Positions 1 to 9,339 of a DNA stretch of 64,000 nucleotides are shown here, piece by piece (positions within the stretch are counted from its first letter, which is position 1; each line of letters starts with the position of its first letter). The notes below the pieces were generated by a model. The model saw only the letters and a list, made by a program, of their open reading frames with translations, was not told the DNA's origin and did no database searches. This DNA comes from Micropepsaceae bacterium (lineage in GTDB: Bacteria; Pseudomonadota; Alphaproteobacteria; Micropepsales; Micropepsaceae), in contig DALYLR010000003.1 of assembly GCA_031976175.1 (NCBI GenBank), forward strand, positions 15,976 through 79,975, given 5' to 3'. The position numbers and the translations under genes are program-made.

Positions 1-1220
1 CCAATCTGGTGCCGGAAGGCTGGAACGACGTGATCTCGTCCTTCCGGATCCGGGGCGGCTCGTGGGAGGTTTGCCAAGACACCAATTTCCGCGGCCGTTG
101 CCGCATCTTCAACGCGGATGTCGATAATCTCGTGTCGCTCGGCTGGAATGACCGCATCTCCTCCTTGCGTCCGGTTGGCGGCTCGCGACCCGGCGATGGC
201 GAGGATGACTGGTCCGTTGGCCCCGGCATGCGCGACGGCTTCGACCGCCCCGGTGGCGATTACCGCGACTTTGACGTGTCGCGTGGTGGCCCGGCCGTGT
301 GTGCCGACACCTGCAACCGCGATTCTGCCTGCCGCGCTTGGTCATTCATGCGGCCTGCCCGGTTCGGCGTGGCGCCCAAATGCTATCTGAAGGGTGTCGC
401 GACCGCTGAGCGGCGCGACGCGCGCTTCATCAGTGGGGTGTCCACCAGCCGGGAAGCGATTGGCCCGCGCATGGATGACGGTGCTGACCGCTCCGACAAC
501 AGCTACCGCACCTTCAATCTGACAGAGGCCAATCCGCGCCGCTGCCAGGAAGCCTGCGACGGCGACCGCCGGTGCCGCGCTTGGACCTACTTCCGTCCGG
601 GCAGCGCGGCCCGTTCCGCTCAGTGTGTGTTGTCATCGCCAGCACCCTCCGCGCAGCGCGATAGCTGCTGCGTGTCCGGGGTAACCGGCGGCTCGGCGGG
701 CGGTGACGAGGTCCCGCCAGGCGCTGTCAATAATCTGCGCCGTTTGGGTACGGTTCTTTCGAACTTCCGCACCGATGAGGGGGCTGAGGTTTGCCAGGAA
801 GCATGCACGAGCGACCGGCGTTGCGGCGGCTGGACCTATGTCCGTCCGGGCTATGAAGGACCGCGCGGCCGTTGCTACCTGCTGCGCCGTGGCTCAAGCG
901 CTGACCGTAATGCCTGCTGCATCTCCAGCGTCGATGACGAAGACCCAGAGGCAGGCGGCGGCCGGACCGAGGTGATCCTGCCCGGCATGCGCGACGGCTA
1001 TGACCTGCCAGGCTTTGACCTGCGGCCGCCCTTCGCTTTGCCTGCCGCCGATCCGGAGCTCTGCCGTCGCGCCTGCAACAGCGAGTTCATGTGCAGAGCT
1101 TGGGTCTATGCCCGGCCGGGCACGCGCAACCGGGCACCGGTCTGTTACCTCAAGTCGATCCGCGGGCCCAAGTCGGACGACTCGTGCTGCGTGATCGGGA
1201 ACAAATCGAGCCTGTTCTAG
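1..1220 (+). CDS. beta/gamma-crystallin-like + 4x PAN/Apple-domain protein (5' end cut by window edge)
   Basis: ORF 9..1220 stays open to the window edge. Two N-terminal GWND-x-ISS-x-R Greek-key-like motifs. Four ~70-aa repeats each carry C-x3-C-x5-C(R/G)(A/G)W-x-(F/Y)-x-RP...C(Y/V)L plus a trailing CC(V/I), which is the PAN/Apple cysteine pattern. A strong terminator follows. Confidence 0.7.
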   Translation, partial: NLVPEGWNDVISSFRIRGGSWEVCQDTNFRGRCRIFNADVDNLVSLGWNDRISSLRPVGGSRPGDGEDDWSVGPGMRDGFDRPGGDYRDFDVSRGGPAVCADTCNRDSACRAWSFMRPARFGVAPKCYLKGVATAERRDARFISGVSTSREAIGPRMDDGADRSDNSYRTFNLTEANPRRCQEACDGDRRCRAWTYFRPGSAARSAQCVLSSPAPSAQRDSCCVSGVTGGSAGGDEVPPGAVNNLRRLGTVLSNFRTDEGAEVCQEACTSDRRCGGWTYVRPGYEGPRGRCYLLRRGSSADRNACCISSVDDEDPEAGGGRTEVILPGMRDGYDLPGFDLRPPFALPAADPELCRRACNSEFMCRAWVYARPGTRNRAPVCYLKSIRGPKSDDSCCVIGNKSSLF

Positions 1221-1252
1221 GGTCTCAGGAACAGCGCTAAAATCGAGTGTAC

Positions 1253-1290
1253 GGCGCGAGGGTGGGTAACCTCGCGCCGTTCTTTTGTGT
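1253..1290 (+). terminator. rho-independent terminator
   Basis: GGCGCGAGG (1253-1261) pairs with CCTCGCGCC (1270-1278) around an 8-nt loop, followed by GTTCTTTTGTGT. Confidence 0.75.
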
Positions 1291-1448
1291 GCCTGCACGC
1301 TGTTGCGCGGAGAGAACTGTCCGCGGAAAATCGGAAGCCGCACCGCGGGCCTGCATGCCAGTGTCATGGAGTTACGTTTGGATCGGGGCATTTCGACAAT
1401 CTTGCGAGGCGCCCCTTGGTACCGAGCCCGGAAAGCCCAACACACGCG

Positions 1449-3635
1449 ATGCCGGCGAGAACCGGCACGCCCTTCGTCCACAGTTTCCGGAGCGCCGGGC
1501 GCTTAGAAGCAGGGCATGCCGGGACCGCAGGCCCACCGAATTCCTTCAAGGCCTTGCCCGATCTGCGAGACACCGCCGCAAGCTTCGCCCAAGACCTCAC
1601 GGCCACGCTGTTGGGACAACCCGCCGCCGGAATGCCACGCATGCGGTCTGCCTCCCGCCCTCTTTTGCGGCGCTTCTTTGGCAATCATTTAGAAGCAATG
1701 GCGCCGCCTGAGCCCACGGAGGCCCCCGTAACGGACATGCCCGCGCGGCCCACGCTTTCCGAATGGGAGGTGATCGCGCTGATCGCTTATTTGAGCGAAA
1801 TACCAAGCGCCAGCGAGGCCTCGGTCCTGACAAAGGCCGTTGAGGGCATTCTTGCGCGGTTCGCCCTGGCCGAGTCCGAAGCGACGCCGAAAGACGCACA
1901 GCACCGCCATATCCAATTGATCCCGCGCACAGACTATTCCAGCGCCAAGCTTTGCTTGACAGGCATCCGCTTTGAAACGAAAGCGCACATGGGCGGCAGC
2001 GAGACGACCGACCATGATCTTTACCTCGCCATCAGTGCACCCTGGCTATCGCTTGAATTCATGGATTGCGAATTGGATGCCCTTTATCTGGCGAAGGGAC
2101 ACTTGCTGAGCCTGACCTTGCAAAATTGCAAGTCTGTGTACCAGCCTGGCGTGATCCTGTGGGCGCCGGATTTGCGGCTTGAGCATGACCTGATCCTGAC
2201 CGGCCAAGCGAAAAACCAAAGCATTTTCGCGCTCGCCTATCTTTGGGGCCTGCGGGCAAACGACGTCTTGCTCTCAGGACCTTTCGTGGGCGGCCATTAT
2301 GTGGAGTGGCGGCAAAAGCAAAAGGACCTCGATACGCCGCAGGGCATCGTTCAGCTCTATTCCAATGTGATCACCTTGGATGAGTGCTCGGTCCACTCTC
2401 TGCATTTGATGACCTTGATGAGCTATGGGTGTTGCTCCCTGCGCCATGGCCGGGTCCAGAACTTGACCAAGATTTCGGATTGCGAGTTCGCCGATTACCC
2501 CCGGCGGAATGCGGAAGTTTTTGCGTTGGATTTTCGTGCGGCCCATTTGGGTGAAGAGTTTCAGTTTCTGGGCTTGAAGGCCTGGACGCCAACCCATTCC
2601 GGCGTGCGCGGCTTTATAAATTTGTCGCTGGCCCGAACCCGTATTCTGTCGATCTCCGCCCGTTCTGAGGCCAGCGCGAAGTCGCCCCTTGCGTCCGCCG
2701 GTATCCGCAATCCGTCGATCGCAGAGAAGCCAGAGGAGAAGGCCATCGGGCAGGCGCCTGCTTCCGTCACTTTTCGCATTGGACTGGATGGCTTCCGGTT
2801 CGAGCAATTCGGCGAGATGCGGGCGAGGATCGACATCGCCGACACCCGCGACGCTCAGTATATTGGCAACGCCAGGGACCGCGCCCACGGCAAGATTGGT
2901 TTGCGTGCGGACGTGGTGTCTTCGGCCGACGAAGCTGAAGAGCCGCACTGGACCACGGATCCGAAATTGACCATCGCGCTTCTGAAATTACAGCCGAACC
3001 AAGATTTGGACGGTCATTTCAAGGCGCAGCCCTGGACGCAATTTGCCAGCGTGCTGCGGGCACAAGGCACGTATTGGGCGGCAAACGAGGTCCTTTATGA
3101 GCGCGAGCGCCTCGCCAACCGGGCAAATAGGCTGAATGGCCGCTGGGCCGCTTGGGCGGCATGGACAGGCCTCGCCGCGCTGCCCGGCTATGGCTACCGC
3201 CAATGGCGTACCTTTGTTGCCTGCATTGTGATTGTTCTGGCCTTCGCACCCCTTTATGCGGCTGCTTTTCAGGCGGGTTATTTCATCAAGGACCCTGATG
3301 CGAGCGTCGTTGCAGTAACGCCGCGCGTGGGAGAGGACACGGGTAAGGGCTCTGTTCAGGCCCCATCGGTGACTGGCGATGACTACCCGGACTTCAATGC
3401 GTTGGCCTATAGTTTGGACGTCTTCATCCCGGTTATCGACTTCGCCCAAGGCACTTATTGGATCCCCGGGGATGCGGGCAGCAGTGCCCCTGCAGCTCCG
3501 CAAGCGGCATCGGCGGCGCGCAAGACGCATGTGACCTGGCTGTGGCTCGCCTATTGGTTCCAGATCGCCGCTGGTTGGTATCTCACAACGGTGATCATTG
3601 CCGGTATGACAGGGCTGATCGAGCGCAAGGAGTAG
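1449..3635 (+). CDS. hypothetical membrane-anchored protein (no family recognised)
   Basis: Long ORF 1287..3635, but 1287 lies in the T-tract of the upstream terminator. Third-position GC becomes coding-like from ATG 1449 (MPARTG...). The middle is degenerate and leucine-rich, possibly beta-helix-like. The C-terminal ~180 aa contain hydrophobic TM-like segments (FVACIVIVLAFAPLYAAAF; WLWLAYWFQIAAGWYLTTVIIAGMTGL). The start is uncertain. Confidence 0.55.
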   Translation: MPARTGTPFVHSFRSAGRLEAGHAGTAGPPNSFKALPDLRDTAASFAQDLTATLLGQPAAGMPRMRSASRPLLRRFFGNHLEAMAPPEPTEAPVTDMPARPTLSEWEVIALIAYLSEIPSASEASVLTKAVEGILARFALAESEATPKDAQHRHIQLIPRTDYSSAKLCLTGIRFETKAHMGGSETTDHDLYLAISAPWLSLEFMDCELDALYLAKGHLLSLTLQNCKSVYQPGVILWAPDLRLEHDLILTGQAKNQSIFALAYLWGLRANDVLLSGPFVGGHYVEWRQKQKDLDTPQGIVQLYSNVITLDECSVHSLHLMTLMSYGCCSLRHGRVQNLTKISDCEFADYPRRNAEVFALDFRAAHLGEEFQFLGLKAWTPTHSGVRGFINLSLARTRILSISARSEASAKSPLASAGIRNPSIAEKPEEKAIGQAPASVTFRIGLDGFRFEQFGEMRARIDIADTRDAQYIGNARDRAHGKIGLRADVVSSADEAEEPHWTTDPKLTIALLKLQPNQDLDGHFKAQPWTQFASVLRAQGTYWAANEVLYERERLANRANRLNGRWAAWAAWTGLAALPGYGYRQWRTFVACIVIVLAFAPLYAAAFQAGYFIKDPDASVVAVTPRVGEDTGKGSVQAPSVTGDDYPDFNALAYSLDVFIPVIDFAQGTYWIPGDAGSSAPAAPQAASAARKTHVTWLWLAYWFQIAAGWYLTTVIIAGMTGLIERKE

Positions 3636-3659
3636 CCGTTCCGTCGCTCTCTATTCTGC

Positions 3660-5246
3660 TCATGAGGCCACCCCATTGGCAGAGCCATTGAGTGCAGGCG
3701 CCACAGCCTCAGCCTCTGCCGGGACCTCCACAGGCGCCTTGGTGGCACGCGGCTTCGCGGCCTTACGCGGCTTGGCGGCAGCGGTTGCCTTGGCCTTTTT
3801 CTTTGGCGCGTCAGGCTGCGGCTTTTCACGCTCGGCTTTTGCCACTTGCTTCATGAGGGCCGCCTTCAGCGCGTTGAACTCCTCCATCATCAGATCGGCG
3901 AGCTTTTGCACGTCCGGGCAAATGTCACGGCATGTGGTAATGCCAAAGTCCATGCGGTCGACATAAGACTGCACCGTAATGTTCAGCGCTACGCCATGCG
4001 TCGCGATCGAGACCGGATAGAACTCCTTCACCTCGATGCCTGCGAAATACATTGGCCGGCGCGAACCCGGCACGTTGGAGATCGCCACATTCATGATCGA
4101 GGGCACCATCGTGTTGACGCCGGTCCACTCCACGATCTGCCAGATCAGTGGCGCCAGCGCGGGCGCCCCCACAATGGAGAAATCGCGCGGCACGATCTCG
4201 CGCACATCCGCCATCTGGCTCTTCGCCCGCTTGGTCGATTGCGCCACATAGGCCAGCCGCTCGAGCGGATCGGTGATGTGTGAGCCGATGCGGGGGAAGA
4301 TCGAGGCCACTTGGTTCGACTGATTGGTGTCGCCAACCTCACGCATGGAGACGGGCACCGCCGCCACCAGCGACTCTGTGGGCGCCTGATTGCGCTCGTC
4401 CAGATACCGGCGCAAGGCGCCTGCACAGATCGACAGCACGATGTCGTTGAGCGTGGCGCCTGCGGCCTTGCCCATCAATTTCATCTCCGCGACCGGGAAT
4501 GTCCCCGTCGCAAAGGCTCTACGGCGCCCCACGCGGTCATTGAAGATCGAGCGCGGCGCGGGCTTGATCGCGTTGAGGTCCCAGGTGCGGTCCTTGATGG
4601 CCGAGCGCACCACGTTGCGCAGCGCTCTGACGCCCGCGGGAACCGAGGCCACCGCATCGAATTGCTGCTGGATGATGCTGCCAAAGGACAAGCCCAATAG
4701 CTCGAAGAAGCCGGGTTTGCGTGGCGCGCCCAAGCGGATTTCAGGCTTGGGGTAGGGATCGCGCGGCTTGGGCTCGCGGTCGCTCACAATGTCGAGCGCC
4801 AGGACACCGCCGCCGCCATCGAGGCAAGCGTGGTGCGTCTTGAGGTAGAGCGCAAACCGCCCGCCCTCCAGACCCTCGATCACATGGTACTGCCACAACG
4901 GGCGTTTGCGATCGAGGAGCTGCATATGCAGATGCTCGACCATGGTCATCAATTGTTTCCACGATCCAGGCTTGGGCAATGCCGCCTTGCGGAAGTGATA
5001 ATCGAGGTCGAGCGCCTCCGCCTCGACCCAGACGGGATGGTCAAGCCGGAGCGGCGTTGGTTTGAGCACCCGCTTAAAGGACGGCACCTCGTGCAGGCGG
5101 CTAATGACCTGCGCTTTGAACTCCTCGAAAGGGTGGCCGTGATAGCCACGCGGCGGCTCGCATATGGCGAGCCCTGCGATATGCATCGGCGTCTGCGCCG
5201 TTTCGAGGTAGAGGAACATCGCATCAAGGCCAGACAGTCTGTGCAT
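3660..5246 (-). CDS. wax ester synthase/diacylglycerol acyltransferase (WS/DGAT) family protein with a Lys/Ala/Pro-rich C-terminal tail
   Basis: HHACLDGGGG matches the HHxxxDG catalytic motif. The N-terminus MHRLSGLDAMFLYLET is typical of WS/DGAT. The last ~60 aa are KKKAKATAAAKPRKAAKPRATKAP-like. Confidence 0.9.
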   Translation of the reverse strand: MHRLSGLDAMFLYLETAQTPMHIAGLAICEPPRGYHGHPFEEFKAQVISRLHEVPSFKRVLKPTPLRLDHPVWVEAEALDLDYHFRKAALPKPGSWKQLMTMVEHLHMQLLDRKRPLWQYHVIEGLEGGRFALYLKTHHACLDGGGGVLALDIVSDREPKPRDPYPKPEIRLGAPRKPGFFELLGLSFGSIIQQQFDAVASVPAGVRALRNVVRSAIKDRTWDLNAIKPAPRSIFNDRVGRRRAFATGTFPVAEMKLMGKAAGATLNDIVLSICAGALRRYLDERNQAPTESLVAAVPVSMREVGDTNQSNQVASIFPRIGSHITDPLERLAYVAQSTKRAKSQMADVREIVPRDFSIVGAPALAPLIWQIVEWTGVNTMVPSIMNVAISNVPGSRRPMYFAGIEVKEFYPVSIATHGVALNITVQSYVDRMDFGITTCRDICPDVQKLADLMMEEFNALKAALMKQVAKAEREKPQPDAPKKKAKATAAAKPRKAAKPRATKAPVEVPAEAEAVAPALNGSANGVAS

Positions 5247-5364
5247 GAGGGTGCCCTTTGAGGTTCGGCGAAGTGTCAGGACCAGCGTGACCGCATGACG
5301 GCCCGCAGAACGCGCAAGACCACCTGCTCAATACGTGCTCAATTGGACCAGCGTTGCTCGGAAT

Positions 5365-6162
5365 TCAAGCCCGGTTTGGATTGGGATAGGCCATGCGCCG
5401 CCAGCCTGTCCGCTCCCAGGGGGACCAGAACCCATCAGCCTGCGCCAGCCGGTCGGCGATCACCGCCAAGGCCAGAGGATTATGGCCTAGCCCGCAATGC
5501 GCGCCTTCGACCTCCACATTCTCGGCCTGCGCGTGGGGCTTGTTCAGGCATCCCTGCCAGGCGACCACGCCATCCGACCGCGAATAGATCGAGGTGGTGG
5601 GAACAGGCGGCGCCACGGCCAGATTGGTGACCATCGGCGGATGCTCCGCGCGATGGCCGGAGGTCAGCTCATAGACGCGCCACGCATGGGTCGAGCGCGG
5701 ATGGCCCGCAAAGGGGCTGCCCAGTGTGATCACTTGGCGCACCATATGCGGCCGCTGCTTGGCGATCTCACGGGCAAAAATGCCGCCCAGGCTCCAGCCC
5801 ACAAGGCTCACCTTGCGCCGCGAGCGTGCATAAATGGTGTCGAGCCGGTCGAGCATCCGATCCCACACGCCTGGCCGAAGACCCAGATTGGTCCCCTGCC
5901 CCCAGCCTGTCGCCTCATAACCACGACGGCGCAGAAATCCGCGCAAAGGCCGCGTGCTCGCCTCCGGACCGCCCAGTCCTGGCAGGCACATGACTGGGTG
6001 CCCATCGCCCTTGGGGCACAGGCGCAAGAACGGCGCCGCCGCGACCATCGCGCCCAGTTCCGCAACCGCCCGGCCCTCTGTGAGCAAATAGCGCAAAGGT
6101 GGCGGCTTTAGCGCCTTGGCATCCATCCCAAAAATGCTCTCGTCAAAGTCAATGGCTGCCAT
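5365..6162 (-). CDS. alpha/beta hydrolase (lipase/esterase-like)
   Basis: GWSLGG nucleophile elbow and ITLGSPF motif. Paralogous to 17193..17897. Start placed at ATG 6162 (MAAIDFDE...) rather than the ORF maximum 6216. Confidence 0.75.
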   Translation of the reverse strand: MAAIDFDESIFGMDAKALKPPPLRYLLTEGRAVAELGAMVAAAPFLRLCPKGDGHPVMCLPGLGGPEASTRPLRGFLRRRGYEATGWGQGTNLGLRPGVWDRMLDRLDTIYARSRRKVSLVGWSLGGIFAREIAKQRPHMVRQVITLGSPFAGHPRSTHAWRVYELTSGHRAEHPPMVTNLAVAPPVPTTSIYSRSDGVVAWQGCLNKPHAQAENVEVEGAHCGLGHNPLALAVIADRLAQADGFWSPWERTGWRRMAYPNPNRA

Positions 6163-6342
6163 GGTTAATGCCTTTGTGCATAAAAGACTGCATAAAGACT
6201 GGGGGCTTATTTGCATCCCTGCAACAACAATCGTTGCTGCAGCGCAACACCGTGACGGCCGGCGTCACAATCGGCCGGCGCGACAAATGCCTTGTTCGTG
6301 CAAGTGCGTCGCAATATCGTGCAAGAAACACGGAGTAGTTCC

Positions 6343-7584
6343 ATGCCCCTTTCCCACTTGGCCGCGCTTGTTACGATCCTCCTATTCGCGATCTGTGCGA
6401 TTACCCCGGCTCAGGCCAAATCTGAAAAGAACCGCTACATCCAGACCAACCTCGTCGCGACACGGGCGGCCGATAAGGCGGAATTCAAGACCGACCCGCG
6501 CCTCGTCAACGCCTGGGGCATCGCGATCCGGCCCGCCGGGCTGGGCGGGCATTTCTGGGTCACCGCCAAGGACAAGAGCTTTGAGTATGTGGGCGACGTG
6601 ACAGCGAGCCCAGACCCGATCCTGCGCCGGCTTCACACCGACGCGCTGGAGACGATCACCTTGCCCGTCGGCGGACCGGAAAACTTTGCGACCGGCACGG
6701 TTTTTTCTGGCAGCAAGACCGCCTTCTCCATCACGCAAAAGGTCAAAGGGGCCGCCAGCATTACAGCGCCTGCAAAATTCCTCTTCGCCAGCGATGGCGG
6801 CATCATCTCCGCCTGGACCGAGAGGAAGCGCGCGGATGGCGGCTTTGACTGGCCCGATCATGCGGTCCCCGTCATCGATGAGTCCGCGCGTGGTGCTCAG
6901 TTCTTGGGCCTTGCCATCAATGCTGCCTATGATCGTCTGTATGCGGCGGATTTCGGCCGGGAGCCCGGCATTCGTGTCTATGGCCCGGACTTCAAGCCGC
7001 TGCCCATCGTATTCGATATGCCTTATGACACCAACCGCAATGGCCGGGTGGATGCGGGCGAGCTTGCGCCCTTCAATGTCCAGGCCCTGACGATGCCAGA
7101 CGGCCGCAACCACATTTTTGTCGCCTATGCCCAAACGCAACCCTGCCCGCCAGAGGCGATTGCCAAGAAATCTTGCGCCAAGGGGGAGATTTGGCCGGGT
7201 GAGGAAGACATTTCCAAGCCGGGACAAGGCGCCCTCGTGGAATTTACCGAGGATGGCCGCCTGTTTATGGTTTGGCCGGATGCGGGCAAACTCTCGGCGC
7301 CCTGGGGTCTGGCCAGCGCACCGAAGAATTTTGGCGCACTGTCGGGACACTTGCTTGTCTCGAATTTCGGCGATGGCACGATAGCGGCCTTTGATCTGAA
7401 GGGTCACCCTCATTTTACGGATTATGTCCGCGGCACGGATGGCAAGCCGGTCAAGATCGACAAGATTTGGGGCCTGCAATTTGGCAATGGCGCCAGCCTG
7501 GGCGACACCAATGCGCTCTACTTCGCGGCCGGGCCCGATGATGAGACGCACGGCCTTTTCGGCAGTTTGCGGCCAGCACCCTAA
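6343..7584 (+). CDS. TIGR03118-like secreted beta-propeller family protein
   Basis: Signal peptide MPLSHLAALVTILLFAICAITPAQA. YIQTNLV...DPRLVNAWGIAIRPAG..HFWV resembles the N-terminal signature I associate with TIGR03118. A GGAG lies 6 nt upstream of ATG 6343. Confidence 0.7.
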   Translation: MPLSHLAALVTILLFAICAITPAQAKSEKNRYIQTNLVATRAADKAEFKTDPRLVNAWGIAIRPAGLGGHFWVTAKDKSFEYVGDVTASPDPILRRLHTDALETITLPVGGPENFATGTVFSGSKTAFSITQKVKGAASITAPAKFLFASDGGIISAWTERKRADGGFDWPDHAVPVIDESARGAQFLGLAINAAYDRLYAADFGREPGIRVYGPDFKPLPIVFDMPYDTNRNGRVDAGELAPFNVQALTMPDGRNHIFVAYAQTQPCPPEAIAKKSCAKGEIWPGEEDISKPGQGALVEFTEDGRLFMVWPDAGKLSAPWGLASAPKNFGALSGHLLVSNFGDGTIAAFDLKGHPHFTDYVRGTDGKPVKIDKIWGLQFGNGASLGDTNALYFAAGPDDETHGLFGSLRPAP

Positions 7585-7662
7585 CCCTTTGGCAACCGTG
7601 TGCCTTGGGGGCCCCTTAACCCGGTTCGCATAACATTGGCGCACCCAACAGGGAGCGCGCTG

Positions 7663-7944
7663 ATGATCCGGCTTTGTGTAATTGCCTTTCTGCTGATGTC
7701 GATTGGGACAGCCTGGTTCGGCTCGTCGGCCGCCATCTTGTTCTTCTTGCCGTCCTATGTCGCGGCGATGGACGAGGCGGGCATCGACACCTCATCTTGC
7801 AAGACCAATACCATGCAGGTGATCCGCGATCCGCAAGGCACCACGAGCAAGTGCATGGAAGGCGTCTTCAAGGACGTGGCGCGCAGGATGGAAACACCAG
7901 AACAGTTTGACCGCCCTTACGAAAACGACTTGTCAGTAGAATAG
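7663..7944 (+). CDS. small hypothetical membrane/secreted protein
   Basis: ATG 7663 is preceded by GGGAG. The N-terminus is hydrophobic (MIRLCVIAFLLMSIGTAWFGSSAAILFFL). No family recognised. Confidence 0.45.
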   Translation: MIRLCVIAFLLMSIGTAWFGSSAAILFFLPSYVAAMDEAGIDTSSCKTNTMQVIRDPQGTTSKCMEGVFKDVARRMETPEQFDRPYENDLSVE

Positions 7945-8013
7945 CCCCGCACCTTGCTGCAGCGCTACAACGGGTTTACTTTCAAGAAGAAAGTTCGACC
8001 TTCGGAGCGCATC

Positions 8014-8265
8014 ATGGCATCGACCGTCACCGCCAAGGGGCAAGTGACCATCCCCAAGGCTATTCGCGACAAGCTGAAACTGAAACCGGGCTCAAAGGTT
8101 GCCTTCACCGTTCTCGACACCGGTCTGGTGACTGTCGAGAAGGAGGGCGACAGCGAGCGCCGGATGAAGGCCTACAAGAAGCGCATCGAGAGCATGATTG
8201 GCACCGCGACATCCGGCATGACGACCGAGGAAATCATGCTACTCACCCGGGGCCGGAAGATTTGA
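8014..8265 (+). CDS. vapB: AbrB/MazE/SpoVT-type antitoxin (VapB-like)
   Basis: MASTVTAKGQVTIPKAIRDKLKLKPGSKVAF is the SpoVT/AbrB swapped-hairpin motif. Its stop overlaps the start of the downstream PIN gene (TTGA). Confidence 0.85.
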   Translation: MASTVTAKGQVTIPKAIRDKLKLKPGSKVAFTVLDTGLVTVEKEGDSERRMKAYKKRIESMIGTATSGMTTEEIMLLTRGRKI

Positions 8266-8666
8266 GCGGCGCATTTCTGGACAGCAATGTCATTCTTGAC
8301 ATCGTGACGGGCAATCCCGATTGGGCGGAGTGGTCGTCGAGCCAAACAGTCCTGGCGGGCGCGCGAGGACCTGTTTGGGTGAATAGCATCGTCTACGCAG
8401 AGCTTTGTTATGGCTTCAACCGTATCGAAGAGACTGATGACGCTTTGCACCGCGTGGGCGCTGTACTGATAGACACGCCTAGGTCCGCATTGTTCGATGC
8501 CGCTAAGGCCTACATGGAATACCGGCGCCGTGGAGGCCCCAAGACCTCGATATTGCCCGACTTCTTCATCGGCGCCCATGCCTTAGCGTTGGGCGCCCGT
8601 CTGATTACGCGTGACCCCAAGGGCTTCCGCGCCGCCTTCCCCGGTCTTGAGATCGAGGCACCCTAA
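8262..8666 (+). CDS. vapC: PIN-domain toxin (VapC-like)
   Basis: FLDSNVILD N-terminal acidic motif, later ...TRD; about 134 aa. TTG start overlaps the antitoxin stop. Confidence 0.85.
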   Translation: MSGAFLDSNVILDIVTGNPDWAEWSSSQTVLAGARGPVWVNSIVYAELCYGFNRIEETDDALHRVGAVLIDTPRSALFDAAKAYMEYRRRGGPKTSILPDFFIGAHALALGARLITRDPKGFRAAFPGLEIEAP

Positions 8667-8694
8667 TCACAAGGCGTGCGCGCAAAGCGCAAGC

Positions 8695-9339
8695 TCACGC
8701 CGCCACCGGAATTGGCGCCGCCATTTGGCGCACACCATCGAACATCCCCGAAAAGCAGAAATGCGCGAGCCGCATGCTGCGTACGACGGCCACTTGCGCG
8801 TCGGCGGGAAGCTGCTTCACCTGGCTGATTGCCTGCGCCGTGTGCTGCTCGTCCTCTTGCGTATGGCAGATGAGGAAAGACGCCGCCGCCCGGCCATGCG
8901 CGGGCAGCACCGCGTCGCAAATCTCCTGACCCGCGGCCAGCGACAAACCCTCCATATAAAGGCTGATGCCAAAGAAGGATGCAGGGTGCACCCGTGAGAT
9001 CAGGTGAAACTGGCCCTGATGCATCAAATAGGTCGAGGGCAGTTCCTCGAACTCCTCGATCCGCCGCCCCAGCGCGCGCAGATCGTTGATCACTTGCTGT
9101 TCGTGGCCTGCTTCCTCTTTGGCGTGATCGAGGCAACGCCGGAAACTCGCCTCGTGGTCCGTGTCAAAATGTGCGGCGGCAAAGGGGATCAGGCGCGTCG
9201 ACTGCGCCACGAAGTAATACATCTGCCCCAGCCAGTTCTCGTAGAACGCCCGCTCCCGCCAAGGCTGCGCCATGCAGAGCTCGCGCCCTTTGGCCATAAA
9301 TGCGCGATGCTGACCCAGGACATCGGTGACCATGCTCAT
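8695..9339 (-). CDS. heme-oxygenase-like di-iron (HDO / iron-containing redox enzyme) family protein, tentative
   Basis: All-helical-looking 214-aa protein with two carboxylate/His ligand-type motifs, HAKEEAGHEQ and CHTQEDEQH. 4-bp start/stop overlap with the upstream gene. Confidence 0.55.
   Translation of the reverse strand: MSMVTDVLGQHRAFMAKGRELCMAQPWRERAFYENWLGQMYYFVAQSTRLIPFAAAHFDTDHEASFRRCLDHAKEEAGHEQQVINDLRALGRRIEEFEELPSTYLMHQGQFHLISRVHPASFFGISLYMEGLSLAAGQEICDAVLPAHGRAAASFLICHTQEDEQHTAQAISQVKQLPADAQVAVVRSMRLAHFCFSGMFDGVRQMAAPIPVAA

Noticed and set aside
1287-1448. N-terminal extension of the 782-aa ORF.
   Set aside because: The ATG at 1287 sits inside the T-tract of the upstream terminator, and codon third-position GC is poor until about 1449.
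6382-7644. 420-aa minus-strand ORF antisense to the TIGR03118-like gene. Similar long antisense ORFs lie at 9970..11202 (opposite uvrB), 24794..25993 (opposite cheB/cheY), 26347..27165 and 27808..28548 (opposite cheA), 36667..38541 and 37838..38818 (opposite purA/NMO), 47956..49533 (opposite the S1 protease), 39315..39989 (opposite rpoH) and 61757..62593 (opposite the hybrid kinase).
   Set aside because: These are typical shadow ORFs of high-GC DNA. Their products are Arg/Ala/Gly/Pro-rich with no motifs, while the opposite strand encodes proteins with unambiguous family signatures.
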